Shown: positions 27,432-38,884 of the stretch, piece after piece
Layout of the letters: each line of letters begins with the position of its first letter
Position numbering within the stretch: the stretch's first letter is position 1
NCBI GenBank assembly: GCA_031732935.1
Contig: JAVMKH010000176.1
Coordinates: 3,913-67,912 of the forward strand
From: Candidatus Contendobacter sp.
GTDB lineage: Bacteria; Pseudomonadota; Gammaproteobacteria; Competibacterales; Competibacteraceae
Direction of reading: 5' to 3'
Length of the DNA stretch: 64,000 nucleotides
The notes under the pieces: model-generated
The model's database searches: none
The model's input: the letters and a program-made list of their open reading frames with translations, nothing else
Told to the model about the DNA's origin: nothing
Program-made: the position numbers and the translations under genes

Positions 27432-30116
27432 ATGGATTTCGAAACGCATCCCGAATCACCTGCAAAAGCCCGCGTCGACAGCCAGCTAGCCCAGACCGGA
27501 GAGGGGCGCCAGGACCCAGCGCCGGAATCATCCGGATTGAACACGGATGGATGGCCCCCACCGGTTGATGACCCGGCGATGGATCCTACTCGAACACTCG
27601 ACTTGGACGTCGAGCCCGCGGTTGCGGAGGGGGGGACCGAAACCCTCGTGGCCGGACTGGTGATTGGGCCGACCCGGCGTCAATTTCGCCTGGTGAGCGA
27701 GTTGGGCGATCGGGGGCAAATCTGGCTGGCGCGCGCGGTGGCGCCGGTCCTGGACGCGGTCGAGGGTGGGTTGGAGGAGTTTCGAGCCATCAAGATTTTT
27801 CTGCCCGCGGCCGGTCTTCGGGAAGCCGATCACGAGGAGCGGGCGCTGCGAGCGGACATGATCAACTTGCGCAGTTACCTGACTCGGGTCAAGGCGCGCG
27901 TGGATCTGGCCCTGAAGCTGAATCATCCGCATATCGCCCGCGCGTATGGTTGGTGGCACGGCCCCGACGGCTGGCCGTTCGTCGAAATGGAATATCTGGA
28001 TCACCAGCAAGGCCGCGACCTGGCGCAACTGCTGGCCGAACAGGGGCAGGACGGATTCCCGTTCGAGACCATGCTGGAATGGCTGCGGCCGGTCGCCGCC
28101 GCCCTGGATTACGGGCGCCGCGAGCACCGACTCGCCCATCAGCACCTCGACGTCGATACGGTGTTCATCACCGGCCAGAAGGAGGTCAAGCTGCTGGGAT
28201 TCGGCTTGGCCACCGAACCGCGGGAACCGCGTAGCGTGTTGTTCAGCACGGGCAACTTGGCCGAGACACCCGGCCTGGTGGAGTCGGTGGCGGTCGAGAC
28301 CACGTTCCGCCGCGATGTGTTCGCCTTGGCGCTGCTGGTTTATCGATTGCTGATGGGACGGAGCGCCTACGAAGCCCAGAATGGGCAGGCCAACATGGTG
28401 CCGCGCCCGACTGGGTTGACGGACGATACCTGGCGTGTCCTGCGGCGGGGGCTGGCGTATCCCAGCGAACTGTGTCCGACCGATGCCGGCCGATTCATGC
28501 GCGAGTTGGAAGCCGCCCAACAACCCCTCATGGGTGGCGCGCGCGAACGCGCGGTGGGCTGGAAGCGATGGGGTCTGGCCGGTGGTCTGGGACTGGCGGT
28601 GGCCTTGGGTGCCTACACGCTGGTCGAGCGTTATCTTGGCGGCTCGAAGCCAGTCCAGCCGGCGGCGACCGACCAAACGGCTTCGTCGGCTCCAACGCCA
28701 GCCCCGAACGCCGGGTTGACCGTTTCCGCGGGGGACGCGGAACACGAGATCGATCAGCGCGCCTTCGAGTCCGCCAAGCGGGTGGATACGCCGCAGGCAT
28801 ACCGGCTTTATTTGCAGCGTTGCCCGCGTTGCGGCTATGAAAAGGAGGCGCGGGCCGCGATCGCGCGCATCGAGACCCAGGAGAAAGTGGATCAGCTCAA
28901 GGCCGATTTCGAGAAGCTGGCGCAGGTGTTGGAACGGGACAAGCGCGGCGATCGGGGTGACGAGGCCCTGTCCCGGCTGGAAGCGCTGGCGGTGCTAGCG
29001 CCCGACGATCCCTTGGTGGCCGAGGGTCGGCGACGCCTTGCGCTCGGCTGGGCGGCGCTGGCGCAGGCGAGCGTCAACCGGAAGGATCTGGCCGACGCCC
29101 GAAAATGGCTGAAAAAGGCTGAGGCGATCCAGCCGAAACTGCTTGAATTGACTCGGTTGACCCAAGCTTTGGAGCAGGCCGAAACCGAGGAACAGGCCCG
29201 GCGACTGGACGCCGAGGCGTTCGCCGTCGCCCAGCGCGCCAACACGCGCCGCGCCTACTGGACTTATCTCGAACGGTGCGCGCCGACGACATGCAGCCAC
29301 CGCGCCGAAGCCGATGCGGCGTTGGCCCGGCTGGCGCCGCCCTATCCGGTCTTTCGCGATCGTTTGGGCGACGGTTCGCAGGGTCCGGAGATGGTCAAGA
29401 TTCCAGCGGGTGGGTTCCAGATGGGGTCGCCGGCTTACGAGAAGGGCCGTTACAACGATGAAGCGTCTCGGTGGGCGCGGATCGAGAAACCGTTCGCCAT
29501 CGGCAAATATGAGGTGACGTTTCAGGAATATGATCGATTCGCGGCGGCGACCAATCGGCCCCGGCCCAGCGACCAGGGCTGGGGCCGCGACCGGCGGCCG
29601 GTGATCAACGTTCCCTGGATGAGCGCCATGGCCTATGTCGACTGGTTGTCGAAGCAAACGGGCGCCCGTTATCGCCTGCCGACCGAGGCGGAGTGGGAAT
29701 ACGCGGCGCGCGCCGGAGTGACGGCCAGTCGCTACTGGGGCGACGATTCCGACCAGGGTTGCGCTTATGCCAACGCCGCTGATTTGGACGGCAAACAGGT
29801 TTACGTGGGCTGGATAGCGATGAAATGCCACGACGGCGAGGTTCACACGGCGCCGGTGGGCCAGTATCGCAGCAACGATTTCGGCCTGCACGACATGCTC
29901 GGCAATGTGCTGGAATGGACCTGTTCACTGTACGACCAGGCGGCGCCCTCGCCGGTCCAGGAGTGCGAAGGTCAGGCCGGAGACCGGCAATTCGTGGTGC
30001 GCGGCGGCTCCTTTAATGACGAACCGCGCAATGTCCGATCGGCCGACCGGCATCGCGCCCGGCCCGATTTCCAGGATTATTCCCTGGGGTTTCGCTTGGT
30101 TCGGGAGTTACCCTAG
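27432..30116 (+). CDS. Ser/Thr pseudokinase + TM + helical repeats + FGE-sulfatase (SUMF1-like) domain
   Basis: Kinase-fold remnants ELGDRGQIW, RAIKIF, LNHPHIAR, HQHLDVD (for HRDLKP), LLGFGLA (for DFG); TM GLAGGLGLAVALGAY; FGE motifs GPEMVKIPAGGFQMGS, IGKYEVT, RLPTEAEWEYAARAG, GLHDMLGNVLEW, RGGSF, GFRLVR. Confidence 0.85.
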   Translation: MDFETHPESPAKARVDSQLAQTGEGRQDPAPESSGLNTDGWPPPVDDPAMDPTRTLDLDVEPAVAEGGTETLVAGLVIGPTRRQFRLVSELGDRGQIWLARAVAPVLDAVEGGLEEFRAIKIFLPAAGLREADHEERALRADMINLRSYLTRVKARVDLALKLNHPHIARAYGWWHGPDGWPFVEMEYLDHQQGRDLAQLLAEQGQDGFPFETMLEWLRPVAAALDYGRREHRLAHQHLDVDTVFITGQKEVKLLGFGLATEPREPRSVLFSTGNLAETPGLVESVAVETTFRRDVFALALLVYRLLMGRSAYEAQNGQANMVPRPTGLTDDTWRVLRRGLAYPSELCPTDAGRFMRELEAAQQPLMGGARERAVGWKRWGLAGGLGLAVALGAYTLVERYLGGSKPVQPAATDQTASSAPTPAPNAGLTVSAGDAEHEIDQRAFESAKRVDTPQAYRLYLQRCPRCGYEKEARAAIARIETQEKVDQLKADFEKLAQVLERDKRGDRGDEALSRLEALAVLAPDDPLVAEGRRRLALGWAALAQASVNRKDLADARKWLKKAEAIQPKLLELTRLTQALEQAETEEQARRLDAEAFAVAQRANTRRAYWTYLERCAPTTCSHRAEADAALARLAPPYPVFRDRLGDGSQGPEMVKIPAGGFQMGSPAYEKGRYNDEASRWARIEKPFAIGKYEVTFQEYDRFAAATNRPRPSDQGWGRDRRPVINVPWMSAMAYVDWLSKQTGARYRLPTEAEWEYAARAGVTASRYWGDDSDQGCAYANAADLDGKQVYVGWIAMKCHDGEVHTAPVGQYRSNDFGLHDMLGNVLEWTCSLYDQAAPSPVQECEGQAGDRQFVVRGGSFNDEPRNVRSADRHRARPDFQDYSLGFRLVRELP

Positions 30117-30149
30117 ATTTTGCTTCCCAACGCCGCGCGTGGATCGGGC

Positions 30150-30953
30150 ATGGCCGCGACCCCATCGACTCGTGGATGGCGGAGCATCGAGTCTCTGGGC
30201 CAGGCCACCCGCCAGTTGCCCGAGGGCGTGCTGGAGGAGCTGGATTTTCTCGCGGTCGTGCTGATGAGCGCCGGTTCGATGCCACGGGGAGAATGGCCGT
30301 TTCTGATCCAGCATGTCTGGCAGCAGATTTACTTCACGGCGGTGCGGCAGGCCTATCTCTTCACGGCGGTGGGCGCGATCATCGGGGTGTTGACGGCGTT
30401 TCCCCTCATCGTGTTTCGGATCGAGGACCCCCATTTGCTGGGGCGCATCATGCACATCATGATGTATCACCAGCTCAATCCCATTTTGGCCACGTTGTTC
30501 GTGGCTGGGCTGTCGGGCGCGGCCATCACCGCGGAGCTGGGCGAACTCAGGGCCAACCAGGCGATCGAACATTTGGTGGCGATGGGCGTCAACCCCCACA
30601 GCTTTTTCGTGCTGCCTCGCCTGGCCGGCATGGCGGTGTCGTTGCCGATTCTGGTGTTGTGGCTGAATATTGGCGTCACGGTCGGCGCGGCAACGATGTT
30701 GAGCCTTTACCAGAATGTGCCGCCGACGGTGTTCTTTCGGATGTGTCTGGCGGAGCTGAACCTCGGATCGCTGGCCTTGACCGGCGGAATGGTGGTCATG
30801 CAGGCGATCCATGTCATTCTGGTGCAGACCTCGCGCGCCTTTCGGGTCGGCGCCTACGTCGATATTCCACGGACCTTGCCCAGTGCCTTCGCGCGCTCGT
30901 TCATTGGGTGCCTGATCATCACGCTGTTGTTTTCACTGGTGCGTTATGGTTGA
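30150..30953 (+). CDS. MlaE-like ABC permease (DUF140)
   Basis: QQIYFTAV, PILATLFVAGLSGAAITAELGELRANQAIEHL..MGVNP...VLPR. TTG 30120 is an alternative start. Confidence 0.9.
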   Translation: MAATPSTRGWRSIESLGQATRQLPEGVLEELDFLAVVLMSAGSMPRGEWPFLIQHVWQQIYFTAVRQAYLFTAVGAIIGVLTAFPLIVFRIEDPHLLGRIMHIMMYHQLNPILATLFVAGLSGAAITAELGELRANQAIEHLVAMGVNPHSFFVLPRLAGMAVSLPILVLWLNIGVTVGAATMLSLYQNVPPTVFFRMCLAELNLGSLALTGGMVVMQAIHVILVQTSRAFRVGAYVDIPRTLPSAFARSFIGCLIITLLFSLVRYG

Positions 30954-31683
30954 AGCGGTGGTGCGCGCGCGCGGTTGGGTGCTGGACCGGCGGCCGACGC
31001 CGAAACCGTTCGATTTCCAAATCATGCTCGGCGAGTTGTGGATGTTGGTGGGCGCGGTCAATTCGGGCCGGCGCGAGCTGATTTACAGTCTGGCCGGTCT
31101 GACCGAGCCGCGCGCGGGCCGCCTTGAGTTGTTCGGGCGCGATGTCGCGCGCTTGGGGCCGCGCGCGCGCGCTCACCTGCACCGCTGGATCGGCGTGGTG
31201 TTGGCGCAGCCGGGGCTGGTGCCGGCCTGGAGTGTGTTCGAAAATCTGGCGCTGCTGGTGCGCTATCACCGCCTGGCCCCCGACGGCGCGGTCGAGGACC
31301 ACGTGGTGAAGTTCGTGGAGTCTTGCCGATTGCCCCGCGCCATCCTGGATCGGCTGGTCAGCGATCTATCGCCGCTGGAAAGCCAATGGATCGGTTTGCT
31401 GCGCGCCCTGGTCATCCGGCCGCGCCTGTTGCTGGTCAGCGCCTATTTGCCCCAGGAGACCCTGGTGGCGGGTTATGGCGTGTGGACGTTCTTCGCCGAG
31501 GTGGTCGCGCCGATGCGCATGGCCATCCTGGTGGACGCCGGCCCGCAAGCCTTGCCTATCGACGCGGAGACGCGCCTGCTGGTGATGGACGCGGGAACCT
31601 TGCTAGCGGCGGGCCGGGCGCGGGAACTGGCCCAACACCCGGACGCGGCGGTCCGAAGCCAAGTCAGGTTCGACCATGCTTGA
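30946..31683 (+). CDS. MlaF-like ABC ATPase fold with degenerate catalytic motifs
   Basis: Walker A position reads GAVNSGRR; the Q-loop/ENL region LVPAWSVFENLAL is retained; signature reads LSPLESQ; Walker B reads LLLVSAYL. Operon position between mlaE-like and MCE genes. Confidence 0.8.
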   Translation: MVEAVVRARGWVLDRRPTPKPFDFQIMLGELWMLVGAVNSGRRELIYSLAGLTEPRAGRLELFGRDVARLGPRARAHLHRWIGVVLAQPGLVPAWSVFENLALLVRYHRLAPDGAVEDHVVKFVESCRLPRAILDRLVSDLSPLESQWIGLLRALVIRPRLLLVSAYLPQETLVAGYGVWTFFAEVVAPMRMAILVDAGPQALPIDAETRLLVMDAGTLLAAGRARELAQHPDAAVRSQVRFDHA

Positions 31684-32722
31684 AACCGCCATCGGCGCCC
31701 GCTATCGGCGCTATCAGCGCGCGGTCGGCCTGCTGATCCTGGCAACGTTGGGCGTGCTGTTCGCCCTGCTGTGGATGGCCAACCGCCAACTGGGTTTTTT
31801 CAGCCATACCTATCGCCTGCACGGTTTTCTCGACAATGTCCGCAATCTCCGACAGACCACCCCGGTCACACTGGCCGGTTTGAAGATCGGCGAGGTGCGC
31901 GATCTGACGATCACCGACTACAACCAGATCCGGATCGAATTGATCCTCTACCGCGAATACCAGCCCCGCGTTCGCGCGGATTCGACCGCGCGGATCAAGA
32001 CCGATGCCTTGGGGAACGCGACCGTCGAACTCAACATGGGCGATCCGGCGCGGCCCGTATTGGGAGATGGCGCGGCGATTCCGTTCCAACGTGCTCCCGA
32101 TCTGGAGGCCGTGATGCACCAGGCCCAGGAGCAATTGGGACAGATCGGCGTGGTGCTGGCGAATGTCAAGGCGATCACCGACGAATTGAAGCGGCCCGAG
32201 GGCGCCCTGCTGGGGACCTTGGACACCTTCGCGCGGGTGATGCGAGAACTGACGCCATTGTTGCGGAATCTGACGGCCACCAGCCAGGAGATGAGCCAGT
32301 TGGCGGCCGATCTGGCGGCGGCCAGCGGGCGGATTCGAGCGGGACAGGGGGTGCTGGGCGGGTTGACGGATAGCGCCAGCCCCCTCTCCCGCCAGATCGC
32401 GGCCAGCGCGCAAAAGCTGCAAGCGGTGATGACCGGTCTGGAAACCCTGGCGATTCGACTGCCTGGCTATGGCCAGCGGGTCGAGCAAATCCTGCGCCAG
32501 ACCGAGACGATCACAGCCAAGCTGGCCACGGCCAGCGACCATGCGCCCGGTCTGATGGATCGAAGCCGGGGGGTGGCCGAAAATGTGGACGAGGTGGTGG
32601 ACTCGGTCAAGCGTAGCGCCGTGTTGCGCGCCCTGAGCCCCGCGTCGGACGCGTCCGACCGACCGTCGCTGGAAGCGCCCCGCGATTGGAATTCCGTGCC
32701 GCCCGGCGCGTCGTTGCCCTGA
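31676..32722 (+). CDS. MlaD/MCE-domain protein with long helical tail
   Basis: N-terminal TM, then PVTLAGLKIGEVRDL and ADSTARIKTDALGNATVEL, followed by coiled-coil helices. Confidence 0.9.
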   Translation: MLETAIGARYRRYQRAVGLLILATLGVLFALLWMANRQLGFFSHTYRLHGFLDNVRNLRQTTPVTLAGLKIGEVRDLTITDYNQIRIELILYREYQPRVRADSTARIKTDALGNATVELNMGDPARPVLGDGAAIPFQRAPDLEAVMHQAQEQLGQIGVVLANVKAITDELKRPEGALLGTLDTFARVMRELTPLLRNLTATSQEMSQLAADLAAASGRIRAGQGVLGGLTDSASPLSRQIAASAQKLQAVMTGLETLAIRLPGYGQRVEQILRQTETITAKLATASDHAPGLMDRSRGVAENVDEVVDSVKRSAVLRALSPASDASDRPSLEAPRDWNSVPPGASLP

Positions 32723-32743
32723 TCGGATCAAGAGTGGGCGTCG

Positions 32744-33664
32744 ATGGCTGGGGAAGTGGGCAGGGTGGCGCAAGTCGTCGCGGGATTGCTGCTGGTGGGG
32801 CTAGCGGCTTGCGGTGGTCCAGCGCCGACCCCCTTGCAGTCGCAATATCAACGCGAGACCGAGCGCGCCCTGCGCTATCGGGCCCGGGGCGAATTGCCGC
32901 GGGCGCTGGCGGCTTATCAGGAAAGCTTGCGCTGGGCCGAAATCGCCGACGACCGGTCGGGAGTGCTGACGCAGGAATTGAATGTCGGCGGGTTGGCGCT
33001 GGCGCTCGGCGACTGGGCGCTGGCGGAGCGCAGCTTCCAGCGGGCGCAGTCCATGGCGACGGCGCTGTCCGATTCGACGGGGGCGTTGCGGGCGCGGCTG
33101 GGGCTGGCTCAGGTTGGCCTGCGGCAAGGCCGGTTCGACGAGGCGCGGTGGGCATTCCAGCAGGTGGTGGATGAGGCGCGGGGACGGGATGTCGCCGCTA
33201 ACGTGGTGGCGCTGAACGGTCTGGGGCTGGCGCATCGGGCGCTGGGGCAAACGCCGGCGGCGCGAGCGGCCTTGACCGAGGCCGAACTGCTGGCCCGCGC
33301 CCAGGATGATCGGCGCCTTCTGGCCGCGACGTTGGCGAATCAGGCGGCCTTGGCGTTGCAGGCGGGCGAGGTGGAATCCGCGGAACGGTCGCTGGAAGAA
33401 GCCGTCGCGATGGATCGCGCCGTCGAGAATCTGCCAGGGTTGGCCCACGATTTGCTACTCTTGGCGCAGGTACGGCAACGGCAGGGCAGAACGCCCGCTG
33501 CCCAGGAGCTGAGCCGGCGGGCGAAAGTCATTCTCCAACATACCGGTCAGTACCCTCAGCCGTTCGGCGCGGACGAAAACACGGCTGCCGAGAACGTAAA
33601 TCCTGGTGTGCGTTTGCGGCAAGCAGGATTAAAATCAGCCAAGCGGGATGGTTTATCCAAATGA
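32744..33664 (+). CDS. TPR-repeat lipoprotein
   Basis: Lipobox LLVGLAAC-GGP; TPR-like repeats (LNVGGLALALGDW..A, ALNGLGLAH, TLANQA). Confidence 0.8.
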   Translation: MAGEVGRVAQVVAGLLLVGLAACGGPAPTPLQSQYQRETERALRYRARGELPRALAAYQESLRWAEIADDRSGVLTQELNVGGLALALGDWALAERSFQRAQSMATALSDSTGALRARLGLAQVGLRQGRFDEARWAFQQVVDEARGRDVAANVVALNGLGLAHRALGQTPAARAALTEAELLARAQDDRRLLAATLANQAALALQAGEVESAERSLEEAVAMDRAVENLPGLAHDLLLLAQVRQRQGRTPAAQELSRRAKVILQHTGQYPQPFGADENTAAENVNPGVRLRQAGLKSAKRDGLSK

Positions 33665-33754
33665 GCACGCTATCTGGATCGCCGGATGCGTGGAATGATC
33701 GCGCGGCATGGGGGCGCCTGCCAGCCATCCCTGTCGACGTCACGATGGGAAGTC

Positions 33755-35760
<2,006 letters not shown>

Positions 35761-35764
<4 letters not shown>

Positions 35765-38700
35765 ACCCGACGGTAAAGTTCGTTGGAGAGTGGGGTATGG
35801 GGAAAATCCTGCTGATGAAGGTATGGGGATTGCTGCTGGGGCTGGTGATCGCGTTCTGGTTGCCAGCCGGGCCGGCGCGCGCGGCGGGTACCGTGCCCGA
35901 GGCGCGAATGACGGCGGCGGTCGTCGAATTCCAGGTGCGGGGCGGTCTTGACGAACAGTCCGGCGCCATCATCGCCGATCAGATGATGGCGGCCATCGCC
36001 AATACCGGCCGCTTCGTGCTGCGAGACCGCCTGCCGCTGTCGGCGGCGGCCAAAATCGCCAAGGCCAGCGAGCTGGGCGAAACCGGGCTACTTGATCCCA
36101 AGACCGCCGCTGAATTGGGTCGTTTGTACAATCTGGACGCAGTGGTGACCGGCGGGGTTTACAAACTGGGAGACCTCATCACCGTCACCGCGCGCTTGAT
36201 CGATACCCGGAATGCGTCGTTGTTGCGCAGCGGCCAGATTCAAGGCAAGGACATCGACACCATCCAGATCAAGATCAACGAATTGGCGACGATGGTCACG
36301 GCCCCCCCAGACGCCCCCAAGCTTTATGCGCTGACGGTCAAGACGGATCCGACCGACGCCAACGTCCGGTTGCTGAACAGCCCCAAGCCGTATCAACCTG
36401 GGATTCAGTTGGCGGCCGGAGAGTACGAAATCGAAGTAACCCGATCCGGATACGTGACGCGCAAGGAAAAGTTGCGGATCGCCGACCGTGATCTGACGGC
36501 GAACATCGCGCTGGAAAAAGCCAAGTATGGCCTGACGATCCGCCCGGAGCCGGCGGATGCGCAGGTTCGATTGCTCAATAGTCCGACGGCCTATCAACCC
36601 GGCGTGGCGCTGGTGCCGGGCGACTACGAGGTTGAGGTGACGCGGGAAGGCTACGTGGCGCGCAAGTTCCCGGTGCGGATCGTGGATGGCGATGTGGCGG
36701 TGCAAGTGGCGCTGCAAAAGACACCTCTACCCCCGCCTCCTTCCCAATACCGCCTGACCGTGCTGCCCGATCCCCCGCAGGCCATGGTGCGGCTACTGAA
36801 CTCGCGGACCCCTTATCAAGCCGGCGTGCGATTGCCACCAGGGGAATATCAGATCGAGGTTACCCTGGACGGCTATGAGCCAAGCCAAATTCCAGTGCGG
36901 ATCGCTGGCAGCGACGTGACGTTGCCGGTCGGTTTGAAGAAAATCGAACGACCGACGGCCTATCGCCTGACCGTACAGCCTGACCCCGCGACCGCCCAGG
37001 TGCGGCTGGTGGATTCCAGCGCGGTGTACCAGCCCGGCGTGCAGTTGACACCAGGTCGCTACACGGTTGAAGTGACCCAGGCGGGCTATGAGCCGGCTTG
37101 GGTGACCGTGCAAATCGTCGATAGCGATGTGATGACGCCAGTCAAACTGACTCGGAAGGCCGAGGAACCGCCCAAGCCATCGTCGTATCGGTTGACGGTG
37201 CACGCCGATCCCGCCGATGCTCGGATCCGACTGTTGAACGCCAAGACCCCCTATCAATCGGGCGTGGCGCTGGCGCCGGGCAATTACACGGTCGAAGTGT
37301 CTCGACAAGGATATGAAACTAAGCAAATTCCGATACGGATTGCCGACAGTGACGTGACGGTGCCGGTCACGTTGACCAAGGAAGCCAAGCCCGAACCCTA
37401 TCGGTTGACGGTGCGCGCTGATCCCGCCGATGCCCGAATCCGACTATTGAACGCCAAGACCGCTTATCAACCGGGCGTGGCGCTGGCGTCGGGCAATTAC
37501 ACGATCGAGGTTTCCCGTCCAGGCTACGAAACGAAGCAAATTCCAGTGCGCATCGCCGACGGCGACGTGACGGTGCCGGTCACGTTGACCAAGGAAGCCC
37601 CGCCCGAGCAGTACCGATTGACGGTGCAGACCGATCCGCCGGGGGCGCAAGTGCGCTTGCGGGGAATCAAAACCGCTTATCGACCAGGGGTGACGTTGCC
37701 GCCGGGTTCATACGCGGTCGAGGTTTCCCAGTCGGGTTACGAGACGAAACAGGTCACGGCGCGCATCGTGGATGGCGACGTGACGATTCCAGTCGCGCTG
37801 GTCAAGCTGGCCGAACCCACGCAATACCGCTTGACGGTGCAGACCGATCCGCCGGGCGCGCAAGTGCGCTTGCGGGGAGCCAAGACCGGTTATCGGCCGG
37901 GGGTGACGCTGCCGCCGGGTTCGTACACGGTCGAAGTCTCCCAGTCGGGTTACGAGACGAAACAGGTTGCGGTGCGGATCGCGGACGGTGACGTGACGCT
38001 GCCGGTGACGCTGACCCGGCAAGTCGAACCAACTCAGTACCACTTGACGGTGCAGACCGATCCGCCGGGGGCGCAAGTGCGCTTGCGGGGAACCAAGACC
38101 GGTTATCGGCCGGGGGTGACGCTGCCGCCGGGTTCGTACACGGTCGAAGTCTCCCAGTCGGGTTACGAAACGAAACAGGTTTCGGTGCGACTCGTGGATG
38201 GCGACGTGACGCTGCCGGTGACTCTGGCCAAGGAAGCCGTGCCTGAGCAGTATCGGTTGACGGTGCGCGCTAATCCAACGGATGCCAAGGTGCGACTGGT
38301 GAATTCATCGTTCACCTATCGTCCTGGCGTACCGTTACCGCCAGGTAATTACGTCGTCGAAGTGACCGGACGTGGCTATGAAACGAAACGCGAGTCGGTG
38401 CGGATCGTGGATGGTGACGTGACGTTACCGGTCGAACTGGAGAGGAGCGCAAGCACGAGCGCGACCGCGACGCCGACCCCTTCGGCGCCGACCCGACCCG
38501 GTGAATGGCGAATTAGCGCCGTGCAAGCCGATGGTTCGCTGGACGGTCCAGATCGGTCCGAGTTCATGCGGATCTTCGGCGGCTATGTCGGGCGGACGGT
38601 GACGCGCGATACCCTGCTCGATGGCGCGCTGCGATTTTACCAGTCCACGGGAGTCACGCTTGGTTTCGCGGTGCGAACCGGCGGATCGGGAACCGCCGAG

Positions 38701-38808
38701 TTGTCCGGGCGAGTGGTCAAGCGGGTCCGGCGTGGCTACGAAACCAACATTCCGATCTTGACCCGCGGTCAGCTCGAAAGCGCCGGTTTTGGCGTTTCGG
38801 TGCAGTGA
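35761..38808 (+). CDS. Exported CsgG/FlgO/TolB_N-like domain protein with 10 PEGA-like repeats
   Basis: Signal-like KVWGLLLGLVIAFWLPAGPARA; AAVVEF..., AAELGRLYNLDAVVTG...ITVTARLIDT; ten ~71-aa YRLTV..DP..A.VRL....Y.PGV.L.PG.Y.VEV...GYE repeats. ATG 35761 overlaps the kinase stop (ATGA); 35797 is an alternative. Confidence 0.8.
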
Positions 38809-38884
38809 CGCGGGAGGATTGCCGTGGCCTCGCCTGAGCATGTAGTCAGTCTGCCGTTCAGTTGAGGCGCGCCGCGCGCGGTTC

